Positions 1 to 11,402 of a DNA stretch of 48,251 nt are shown piece by piece. The position numbers were made by a program, and so were the translations under genes. The stretch lies in assembly GCA_046597055.1 (NCBI GenBank), contig JBKJLC010000068.1, positions 1-48,251 of the forward strand, given 5' to 3'. This DNA comes from Kofleriaceae bacterium (lineage in GTDB: Bacteria; Myxococcota_A; Polyangia; Haliangiales; Haliangiaceae). Below the pieces are notes generated by a model that saw only the letters and a list, made by a program, of their open reading frames with translations, did no database searches and was not told where the DNA came from. Every line of letters starts with the position of its first letter. The stretch's first letter is position 1.

Positions 1-136
1 TCGCCCTCGCGGCCGATCCATCCCGGCTGGCTTCGTTGCTCGTCGGTTACATACGGAGAGTATGCGCCCTCCTCGCGCCTCGCCATCCGGGCGCCTCGGC
101 CGCGATCATCGATCGACTTATCCATGCGCGGGCCCT
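1..136. repeat. Structured REP/MITE-like intergenic element (left end probably outside window)
   Basis: Nested inverted repeats: TCGCGGCCGA 7-16 / TCGGCCGCGA 96-105 (perfect); CCCGGCTGGC 22-31 / GCCATCCGGG 82-91 (1 mismatch); CATAC 50-54 / GTATG 60-64. Only one copy is in the window, so repeat status is inferred. Confidence 0.45.
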
Positions 137-139
137 TCG

Positions 140-1495
140 ATGACGACGACCCGAGCGACGTTCGCGCTGACCCTCGCCGTGGCCGCGATCGGCTGCAAGC
201 CCAGGGCGACGCCCGGCCGTGACGCCGGGCCGGCCGCCGCCGGCGCGGTCGATGCCGGCGGCGCCAGCCCGGCCGACCTCGCGCGCTGCCTGGCGAGCTT
301 CGAGCGCGCGGGCCGGTTGCCGCCAGCCGAGCGCGCCGGCGCGATCGTGCGCGGCTGTCCGGTGTGCGGACGACCCTGGGATCCGGTGATCGTGGCCGAC
401 CGCGCCGACGAGGGCGCGCCGGTCGACCGCGAGGAGGTGTGGCGGGTGATCCAGGCCTGCGGCGGGGCGTGCACCCGCGGGGCCGCCGCCGAGCTCAAGG
501 CCGGGCTCGCCGATCTGGCGGCCGGCCGCCCCGCGACCGGTCCCTGGCGCAAGCTGGCCGCGGCCTGCCCGGCGCCGCTGCGCGCCGACGATCACAGCGG
601 CCGGTTCGTGGGCGCGGTCTGGTATGCGATGGCGACGATCACGGAGCGGATGCGCGCCGCGCGGCCCACGCTGCCGCCCACCGAGCAGGGACGCCTCGAC
701 GCCGCCCAGGCGGCGCTGCTGCTGCCGCTGCCACCGCTCAGCACGGTCGGCACCGGCTTCGTGGTCCCCCCCGGCGGGGTCCGGCCCGGCACGCCGTGGC
801 TGCAGCTCACGATCACCGATCAGGCGACCTACGTCGGCTGGCTGCCGTTCGCCGACCTCGCCCCCGACGGCCTGCGCGTGCTCGACGGCGGCGTGCCGTA
901 CCCGGGGACGCGGGTCCCCGCCGGTGGCCTCGCCGCCGCGCTCGACCAGCTGGTCGCGGCCGCCATGCCGCGCGCGCCCGCCCTGCCCGACCGCATCGAC
1001 CGGCCGGTGCTGATCGCGCCCCGCGCGGCACCGGCGCGGCGGGTGCTCGAGACCCTGGCGGCGCTCGGGACCCACCAGGTCTCGCTGGCGGTGTCGGTCG
1101 CCGCGCCGGCCGGGCTGTGGCGGGGCCTGATCGGGGCCCAGCCGATGCCGCTGGCCGCGTCGGCGCCGACGGGTCCGCGCCTGCGGTTCGGGCTCGGCAG
1201 CCTGCGGGTGGCGGCGATCGACGCCAGCGGCAAGGTCCGCGCGTCGGCGGCCCTGCCGTTCCCCGACCGCCCGGTCGCCGAGCGCTGGCGGGCCGTGGCC
1301 AACTCGGTCGCGACCGACCGGGTGATCGAGCTGCTGGCCGAGGACGCCGTGGTCGCCGACCTCGCCGCCGTGCTCGACGGCCTCGCCGGCGCCGGTGCCA
1401 CCGTCGCGATCCCGGCGCCAGCCGGCGCCCGGGTCACCGGCAGCGAGCTGGCAACCTTCGACGTCGCCCGCCTGCGTGAGGTCACCGCGCCGTGA
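140..1495 (+). CDS. Hypothetical Cys-rich lipoprotein (451 aa)
   Basis: ATG at 140 gives MTTTRATFALTLAVAAIGC (signal peptide plus lipobox); strong GC3 bias; CPVC and CGGAC Cys clusters. Confidence 0.75.
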   Translation: MTTTRATFALTLAVAAIGCKPRATPGRDAGPAAAGAVDAGGASPADLARCLASFERAGRLPPAERAGAIVRGCPVCGRPWDPVIVADRADEGAPVDREEVWRVIQACGGACTRGAAAELKAGLADLAAGRPATGPWRKLAAACPAPLRADDHSGRFVGAVWYAMATITERMRAARPTLPPTEQGRLDAAQAALLLPLPPLSTVGTGFVVPPGGVRPGTPWLQLTITDQATYVGWLPFADLAPDGLRVLDGGVPYPGTRVPAGGLAAALDQLVAAAMPRAPALPDRIDRPVLIAPRAAPARRVLETLAALGTHQVSLAVSVAAPAGLWRGLIGAQPMPLAASAPTGPRLRFGLGSLRVAAIDASGKVRASAALPFPDRPVAERWRAVANSVATDRVIELLAEDAVVADLAAVLDGLAGAGATVAIPAPAGARVTGSELATFDVARLREVTAP

Positions 1496-1564
1496 ACATC
1501 GCTCGCCGCGCCAGCGCATCAGCCAGCGCTTGACGCGCTCGCCCATCCGCGAAATCGTGGTCGG

Positions 1565-3232
<1,668 letters not shown>

Positions 3233-3308
3233 CGCCGGTCCGGGCCGGCGACCGGTTCGCGGCCCCCGGCGACCCCCCGCTCGGCTCGTGCGCATACAGT
3301 GCGCGGCG

Positions 3309-3764
3309 ATGAACCGCCTCGCGCTCGGGATCCTGACGCTCCTCCTCGCGGCCTGCGGCGGCGACGAACCCGTCCCGCTGTTCCCGGCCGACTACGCGAC
3401 GAGCTACGTCGAGGTCCGGGCCTGCCGGACCAGCGCCGACCACGACCTCAGCCGCATCCGCGTCCTCACCGACGTGACCGCGCTCAACGCGTACGTCGGC
3501 CGCAACGCCGGGTTCCCGGCCGGCTCGATCGTGCTCACCGAGGAGTACGCCCTGGCCGACGCCGCGTGCGCAGGGCCGATCGTGCGCTGGTCAGCGCTCG
3601 AACGCCTCGCCGGGGCCGAGCCCACCGCGCGGCTTGGCTGGCGCTGGCAGCAGGTCGATCCGGACCGCGTGGTGGTCTCGCAGGACGAGCCGCGCTGCAC
3701 CACCTGCCACGTCACCTGCAGCGCCCCGCCCGACGGGTACCTCGGCACCTGCGCCGCGCCCTGA
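3309..3764 (+). CDS. Monoheme c-type lipoprotein, cytochrome P460 / c'-beta fold (151 aa)
   Basis: MNRLALGILTLLLAAC lipobox; LFPADY, FPAGSIVLTE, GWRW and C-terminal CTTCH follow the P460-family layout. Confidence 0.7.
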   Translation: MNRLALGILTLLLAACGGDEPVPLFPADYATSYVEVRACRTSADHDLSRIRVLTDVTALNAYVGRNAGFPAGSIVLTEEYALADAACAGPIVRWSALERLAGAEPTARLGWRWQQVDPDRVVVSQDEPRCTTCHVTCSAPPDGYLGTCAAP

Positions 3765-3767
3765 CCG

Positions 3768-4493
3768 TCACGCCAGCACCGCGGCGACCAGCGCGCGCGC
3801 GTAGGGCGCGCACGCGACCCGGAGAAAGCGGGCGAAGTCGACCGCTGCCGCGTGATCGGCGGTGTCGCTGATCACGCGCGCGATCGCGAACGGAACCCCG
3901 TGCTCGTGGCAGACCTGCGCGACCGCGGCGCCCTCCATCTCGACCGCGAGCGCGTCGGGCAGGTCGGCGCGCAGGGCCGCGACCTCGGCTGCCGACGAGA
4001 AGAACCGGTCGCCCGAGACCACCAGGCCCTCGTGCACCGCCGGCGCGATCACGCCGACCTCGGCCAGGCCGGCCGGGGGGGCGGCCACGAACCCGCGCGC
4101 CGCGGCGGCGAGCCGCGCCCGCAGGTCCGGATCGGTCGCGAACCGCGCGGTGCCAAGCAGCGGCACCTCCCAGCGCGGGAACAGCGGCCGGACGTCGAGA
4201 TCGTGCTGGAGCAGCTCGGTCGCGATCACGACGTCGCCCACGCGCAGCGTGGGCGCGACCGCGCCGGCCAGCCCGGTGAACACGATGGCCTGGCAGCCGA
4301 ACCGCTCGAGCAGGATGGCCGCGGTGGTGGCCGCCGCGACCTTGCCGATCCGGCTGACCACGAGCACCGCGTCGCCCCCGCCGCGCCGGACCTGGTGGAA
4401 CTCGCGTCCCCCCACGGTCACCACCCGGTCCGAACCCGCGTCGGCCAGCACCGCCGCCAGCTCGTCGGGCATCGCGCTCATCACGCCGAGCAC
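3768..4493 (-). CDS. mtnN: 5'-methylthioadenosine/S-adenosylhomocysteine nucleosidase
   Basis: GVMSAMPDE, SRIGKVAAA, FTGLAG, SGDRF, VEMEGAAVAQVC, ISDTAD motifs. Confidence 0.93.
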   Translation of the reverse strand: MLGVMSAMPDELAAVLADAGSDRVVTVGGREFHQVRRGGGDAVLVVSRIGKVAAATTAAILLERFGCQAIVFTGLAGAVAPTLRVGDVVIATELLQHDLDVRPLFPRWEVPLLGTARFATDPDLRARLAAAARGFVAAPPAGLAEVGVIAPAVHEGLVVSGDRFFSSAAEVAALRADLPDALAVEMEGAAVAQVCHEHGVPFAIARVISDTADHAAAVDFARFLRVACAPYARALVAAVLA

Positions 4494-4502
4494 CGGGCGG
4501 GC

Positions 4503-6644
<2,142 letters not shown>

Positions 6645-6864
6645 CATCGGACCGTGCCACGCCCCGGGGGCCAGCGGCAACCCGAGGACCCCGGCTCGTC
6701 GGGGACGCGCGCGGTCGGGGCTACCGACCGCGCGTGACCGCGCGCCAGTCGACCAGGGCGAACCGGGTCGACTCGGCGTACGGGTAGCCGTTGACCGGCT
6801 CGGTCGACGCCGGCGGGGGATTCCGAGAAGATCCGGCCCGAGACAGCAACCGCGGTTTGTGATC

Positions 6865-6894
6865 GAAAAAGCCGGCCGCGGCGGCGGCGCGGCG
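6865..6894 (-). terminator. Possible intrinsic terminator of the Ig-repeat gene
   Basis: On the minus strand a GC-rich hairpin (GCCGCG...CGCGGC) is followed by CGGCTTTTT just after the stop at 6903. Confidence 0.4.
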
Positions 6895-6902
6895 GGGGAC
6901 GA

Positions 6903-8804
6903 TCAGATGAACGCGGCGTTCACGAAGGTCCGGAACCGCGTCACGACGTTGTCGGCGGCGTCGTATGCCTGGACCTCGAACGTGTATCGGTTGATGGTCA
7001 CCCCGTAGGTCTGCGGCGACGTGCAGGCCGTGAAGGCGGGCGCCGCCTGGCCGCTGAGGTAGAACCGGCACTGGGTGCCGGTGTGGCCCGAGGCGCTGAA
7101 CCCGTAGGTGACGCTGGTCTGGTTGAACCACACCTCACCGTCGCCGGGACCGCTGGTGATCGACAGCGTGGGCGGGATGGCGTCGACCGCGAAGCTGCGG
7201 CTGGCGGTGGCGGCGTTGCCGGCCGCATCGGTGGCGGTGGCAGAGAAGGTGTAATTGCCGCTGGCCAGCACCGGGGTGGTGTACGGCGAGCTGCAGTTGA
7301 CCGGGGCGCCGCCGTCGATCCGGCACTGCACCGAGGTGGGCGCGCCGCCGGTGGTGAACGAGAACGTCGGTGTGGCGTCGTTGGTCAGGCCGGCGGGACC
7401 GCCGGTGATCGAGACGGTCGGCGCGATGGTGTCGACCACGAAGGCGCGGGTGGCGGTGGCGGTGTTGCCGGCGGCGTCGGTGGCGCGGACCTCGAGAGTG
7501 TGGGCGCTGTCGCCGAGCGCGGCGGTGGTGTGCGGCGAGGTGCAGGCGGCGAACGCCGCGCTGCCCACCCGACACTGCACCGTGGTGGGCGCGCCGGCGG
7601 TGGTGAACGTGAACGTTGGCGTGGCGTCGCTGGTCGGTCCGCTCGGTCCGCCGGTGATCGCCACGGTCGGCGCGACCGTGTCGACGGCGAAGGCGCGGGT
7701 GGCGGTGCCGGTGTTGCCGGCGGCGTCGGTGGCCCGGACCTCGAAGGTGCGGGCGCCGTCGGCGAGCGCGGCGGTGGTGTGCGGCGAGGTGCAGGCGGCG
7801 AAGGCCGCGCTGTCGACCCGGCACTGCACCGCGGTCGGCGCGCCGGCGGTGGTGAAGGTGAACTCGGGGGTGGCGTCGCTGGTCGGGCCCACCGGGCCGG
7901 CCGTGATCGCCGCCGTGGGGGCGACGGTGTCGACCGTCCAGGTCCGGGTCGCGGGGGTCGGATCGAGGTTGCCGGTGGCGTCCTCGACCTGGACCGCGAA
8001 GGTGTGCGCGCCCTGGGCCAGCCCGGTGAGGGTGCGGGGCGAGGTGCAGGCGACCACCGCGGCACCGTCGAGGCGGCAGGTGTAGCGCGCGCCGGCGCCG
8101 GCGTCCGGCGACGAGAACGTGAAGGTCGCGCTGGTCGACGCCACCACGCCGGTCGGGCCGGTGACGAGCTGGGTGTCGGGGGTCGAGGTGTCGAGCGCCC
8201 AGGCGTGGGTCGCCGGCGACGGATCGGGGTTGCCGGCCAGGTCGGTGGCGGTGACCTCGAGCAGGTGGGCGCCGTCGAGCAGGTCCGCGATGACCAGCGG
8301 CGAGGTGCACGGGGTCGCGTCCGCGCCGTCGAGGCTGCACGCGAATGTCGCGGCCTCGTCAGCCATGAGCTCGAAGGTCACGGTGGTGCTGTTGTCGACC
8401 GGCTCGGGCGCGACCGGGATCGTGGTGTCGGGCGGGGTCAGGTCGACCTGCCAGGTGAAGGTCGCCGGGGTCGGGTCGGCGACGCCGGCATCGTCGACCG
8501 CGGTCGCCGTGAAGGTGTGCTCGCCCTCGGCGACCGGGACCTCGTGCGGCGAGGTGCAGGGCGTCGCCGCGGCGCCGTCGAGGCTGCACTGCAGATCGAG
8601 CCCGCCCGGCGTCGACGCCAGCTCGAAGACCGCGCGCGCGGCGTTGCTGCGCGCCGCGGGAGTGGAGACCAGCTGGGTGTCCGGCAGGTCGCCGTTGTCG
8701 CCGGGGCCGGCATCGGTATAGCTGACGTCCTCGCCGCAGCTGGCCGTGACCATCAGCGCCGCGAGGGTGAGCGAGGCGATCGAGGAGCGTCCGGGCGAAG
8801 GCAT
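6903..8804 (-). CDS. Lipoprotein with seven tandem bacterial Ig-like repeats (633 aa)
   Basis: MPSPGRSSIASLTLAALMVTASC lipobox, then 7 units of about 83 aa with pattern P-T-I..P..F.F....C..D.....CTSP......G.HTF.V.A.D.AGN....W/F.VD. The ORF-track extension to 9467 is IS3 sequence. Confidence 0.85.
   Translation of the reverse strand: MPSPGRSSIASLTLAALMVTASCGEDVSYTDAGPGDNGDLPDTQLVSTPAARSNAARAVFELASTPGGLDLQCSLDGAAATPCTSPHEVPVAEGEHTFTATAVDDAGVADPTPATFTWQVDLTPPDTTIPVAPEPVDNSTTVTFELMADEAATFACSLDGADATPCTSPLVIADLLDGAHLLEVTATDLAGNPDPSPATHAWALDTSTPDTQLVTGPTGVVASTSATFTFSSPDAGAGARYTCRLDGAAVVACTSPRTLTGLAQGAHTFAVQVEDATGNLDPTPATRTWTVDTVAPTAAITAGPVGPTSDATPEFTFTTAGAPTAVQCRVDSAAFAACTSPHTTAALADGARTFEVRATDAAGNTGTATRAFAVDTVAPTVAITGGPSGPTSDATPTFTFTTAGAPTTVQCRVGSAAFAACTSPHTTAALGDSAHTLEVRATDAAGNTATATRAFVVDTIAPTVSITGGPAGLTNDATPTFSFTTGGAPTSVQCRIDGGAPVNCSSPYTTPVLASGNYTFSATATDAAGNAATASRSFAVDAIPPTLSITSGPGDGEVWFNQTSVTYGFSASGHTGTQCRFYLSGQAAPAFTACTSPQTYGVTINRYTFEVQAYDAADNVVTRFRTFVNAAFI
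7173..7919 (-). repeat. Three tandem 249-bp units (Ig repeats 4-6)
   Basis: The block GAGCGCGGCGGTGGTGTGCGGCGAGGTGCAGGCGGCGAA recurs at 7515 and 7764 (249 apart); repeats 4 and 5 are near-identical in protein. Confidence 0.85.
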
Positions 8805-8904
8805 ACCGTGGTGTACCTGCGATGAAGCGAGGTCCGGTACCCCCGATCTGTGGCGCAAGCGGGCAACCGTGCGCCATCCCGGCGCAACCCTGGCACCCTC
8901 GTCG

Positions 8905-9094
8905 CCGGCGCGGGGCCGCCGGCCCGCGGCGCGCGGCGGATCGCCCCCGCAAGGGCGTCGCCCCAGTAGACGTGGGTCGCGTCGACCGCGACCGCCCACG
9001 GTGAGCGGACGTGCACGCCGGTCGCGATCGCGGTGGGGGCGCCGCCGTCCTCGGGCATCCGGTAGAGCGTGTGATCGATCTCGTCGAGGCAGTA
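8905..9094 (-). pseudogene. 3' remnant of a beta-propeller (YWTD/DUF5050-like) repeat gene
   Basis: Frame reads YCLDEIDHTLYRMPEDGGAPTAIATG...PWAVAVDATHVYWGD...GAIRRAPRAGG and begins abruptly at the IS junction. Confidence 0.6.
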
Positions 9095-9467
9095 TCGGCG
9101 CCGTGGCCTCGAACTCGCGGTTGAGGAGGTTGGCTGCGATCGGCTGGTCGTGATCGCTCATCGTCGTCGATCGATGGCGCCGACGAACCCGAGCCACGTG
9201 TCCCTCGGACTGCATGATCCGGATGATGCGATTGCGACCCACGCGCTCGTCGGCGAGATCTGCGTGGACCCGCGGGCTGCCGTACGTCCGACGGCTCCGG
9301 GTGAACGACTCGCCGATCCGAACCTTCAACCGCTCGTCCCGCAGCGCGCGCTTCGACGGCACGTGCCGCAGCCACGCATAGAAGCCCGAGGTCGAGACCC
9401 TGAGCACGGCGCACATCACGACGACCGGCCAGCAGGCCTTCTCCGCCAGGATGAACGCGAACTTCAT
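9095..9467 (-). pseudogene. IS3 OrfB transposase, truncated before the integrase (DDE) core
   Basis: MCAVLRVSTSGFYAW, RRTYGSPRVHADL, TTMSDH..PIAANLLNREFEATAP; similarity stops exactly where the W..D..Y catalytic segment should begin. Confidence 0.88.
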
Positions 9468-9784
9468 GCGTTCACCTTCGCGAAGAAGGCCACGGCTTTT
9501 CCCAGGATGTCGCGCTCCATCCGCACCACCCGCAGCTCCTTGCGCAGCGCGGCCAGCTCGGCGCGCTCCTCGGTCGTGAGCCCGGCCTTGCCCTTGCTGC
9601 GATCAGCCCGCGCCTGCTTGACCCACCCGCTCAAAGCTGACGGCGTCAGGTCGAGCTCCCGCGCGACTTGGGCCACCTTCCTGCCCTCATCGAGCACGAG
9701 CCGCACCGCGCCGGCTTTGAACTCATCCGTGAACTGCCGGCGCTTCCCCTGCCGGCCCGGTCCGCTCCCGCGCTTGGTTTCCAT
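9464..9784 (-). CDS. IS3 OrfA (HTH plus leucine zipper), 106 aa
   Basis: RRQFTDEFKAGAVRLV...VAQVARELDL...L.GWVKQ, ELAALRKELRVVRMERDILGKAVAFFAK. Confidence 0.92.
   Translation of the reverse strand: METKRGSGPGRQGKRRQFTDEFKAGAVRLVLDEGRKVAQVARELDLTPSALSGWVKQARADRSKGKAGLTTEERAELAALRKELRVVRMERDILGKAVAFFAKVNA
9497..9503 (-). promoter_or_regulatory. -1 programmed frameshift site of IS3 (G GGA AAA G)
   Basis: X XXY YYZ heptamer in the orfA frame; the -1 frame (GGG AAA AGC CGT GGC CTT CTT CGC GAA GGT GAA CGC ATG) is open into orfB. Confidence 0.7.
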
Positions 9785-9870
9785 CTTGGCCACAGTATCC
9801 GCCTCTCGGAAAGCGTCCACGGGAGTGGATCAAGCCCAAACCGCCTCGGCCGCCTCGCGGTCATCTCACG

Positions 9871-9899
9871 GTGACGGCGCCCCACAGTGGTGCCGTCAC
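9871..9899. terminator. Hairpin downstream of the GH8 gene
   Basis: GTGACGGCGCC-N7-GGTGCCGTCAC inverted repeat about 20 nt after the GH8 stop; no U-tract. Confidence 0.35.
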
Positions 9900-9917
9900 T
9901 GGCCCGCGGTCGAGGGA

Positions 9918-11249
9918 CTACGGGGTGAACCAGTTGCCCGACACCACGATCATCGAGAGCAGCTTGATGCTGTCGCCGTAGTAGCCGTCGGGCCCGGCCG
10001 CGACCATGCGGTCCCACAGCGCGTCGAGCCACGGACCGTTGGTGCCGGTGGCCGGGTCGACCATGGCGCTGACCGCGAACGGCGCGACGAACGACATGGT
10101 CGCGCTGCTGCCGGTGGCCTGGCCGGCGAGCGTGTAGCCGTCGCGGACGCGACCGGGGTCGTCGCCGGTGGTGGTGCGGATCCAGGTGTTGATCTTGCGC
10201 ACCGCCGCCTGGGCCCGCACGTCGCCGGTCATCAGGTAGTCGGTGGCCAGCCGCCACGGGTCGCGGCACGCGTTGTAGCCGTAGGCGCCATCGCGGGCAC
10301 CCTCGAGCCAGCCAGCCGGCGCCGGTCCTGGCGTGGCGCCGGTCGCGTTGATGACGAAGTCGGGCAAGAGCCCGGTGCTCGGCGCGGCGTTGGTCTGCAG
10401 GTACGCCACGGTCGCGTACAGCCGATCGACCACCGCGGTGAACCGGGCCGAGCCGCTGGCGGCGGCGTAGGCCTTGAAGTGCCCGGGCAGGAAGTCGGAC
10501 GACCGCGTGCCGGTGTAGTGCGAGTCGCTCGCGCTGACCCAGTCGCCGAGGAGAATCGAGTTGGACGGGTGGATGTCGCCGGCGAGCACGCCGGCGACCG
10601 CGGTGCGCGCGGCGGCGGCGTAGTCGACCGCACCGGTCGAGCCCCACTGGCGATGGGCGAGCAGCAGCGCGTACGCGATGTCGAGATCGCCATCGGTCGC
10701 CGAGTTGGAGCCCGACACGTTCTGGCAGCTCTGGTCCTGCGCCCACGCCATCAAGCCGGGCGTGATCGGGCTCGGGTGCCCGACGTAGTAGGCGTGGAGC
10801 CCGTCGAAGATCTGGCGGGCGTCGGGATCGTGGCCGGCCATCAGCACCGCGAGCAACATCCCGTAGCCGTGGCCCTCCGACACCGTGTAGGCCGCGGTCG
10901 CCGGCGTGGTCTTGACCCGGTACTGGCCCGCGATACAGGCGGGCTCCAGGTAGCGCGACTTCCAGGTCGTGTAGAACGCCGCGGTCGCGGCGTCGAGCTC
11001 GGCGCGGGTGTGGTTGCCCGGGTAGCGCACGCCGGTGCCGTGATAGCCGCTGTGGGTGCCAAACGGATGGCCGAGGCCACCGGCGGGTGGATCGCCACCG
11101 TCGACCGTGGACGCGCCATCGGCGCCGCCGCCCCCGTCGACGAGCGCGGCGTCATCGCCCGCGCCGCTGTCACACGCCGCGGCGGTCGCACACGCCGCGA
11201 ACGCCAGCGCCACCCACCGATATCGACCCAGCCTTGAAACATTCTTCAT
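9918..11249 (-). CDS. Glycoside hydrolase family 8 lipoprotein (lichenase/chitosanase type), 443 aa
   Basis: GAGG SD; signal ending AAAC; TVSEGHGYGMLLAV, NSATDGDLDIAYALLLAHRQWG, TRSSD, YNACRDPWR, YYGDSIKLL. Confidence 0.9.
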   Translation of the reverse strand: MKNVSRLGRYRWVALAFAACATAAACDSGAGDDAALVDGGGGADGASTVDGGDPPAGGLGHPFGTHSGYHGTGVRYPGNHTRAELDAATAAFYTTWKSRYLEPACIAGQYRVKTTPATAAYTVSEGHGYGMLLAVLMAGHDPDARQIFDGLHAYYVGHPSPITPGLMAWAQDQSCQNVSGSNSATDGDLDIAYALLLAHRQWGSTGAVDYAAAARTAVAGVLAGDIHPSNSILLGDWVSASDSHYTGTRSSDFLPGHFKAYAAASGSARFTAVVDRLYATVAYLQTNAAPSTGLLPDFVINATGATPGPAPAGWLEGARDGAYGYNACRDPWRLATDYLMTGDVRAQAAVRKINTWIRTTTGDDPGRVRDGYTLAGQATGSSATMSFVAPFAVSAMVDPATGTNGPWLDALWDRMVAAGPDGYYGDSIKLLSMIVVSGNWFTP

Positions 11250-11402
11250 CGGGACCTCGCTGGGGACGAGCCCCACGTGCATGGAGCGCGACGCGGGGAT
11301 GATCGGGTCACGCCGATCGTCGCCGCTCGCCCCGCCGGTTCTGCAGGACCTTGCCAGGAGTGAACCCCGGGGTCGAGCGCGGACCCCGTGTAGGCTCGCG
11401 TG

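Larger units (their letters stand above)
9095..9838 (-). mobile_element. Truncated IS3-family insertion sequence (left end, orfA and 5' part of orfB only)
   Basis: Left IR TGGGCTTGATCCACTCCCGTGGAC starts at 9838 (TG end, GTGGAC at IR positions 19-24 as in IS3); orfA/orfB ATGA overlap; no DDE core or right IR. Confidence 0.9.

Noticed and set aside
7173..7919. CRISPR array or diversity-generating retroelement TR/VR pair
   Set aside because: The repeats are in-frame 249-bp protein-domain duplications with no unique spacers, no adenine-specific mismatch pattern and no cas or reverse-transcriptase gene.
6903..9467. A genuine evolved transposase-Ig-domain fusion gene
   Set aside because: The middle is an out-of-frame propeller remnant plus intergenic DNA, and the Ig part has its own signal peptide. 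Kept only as a possible accidental read-through.
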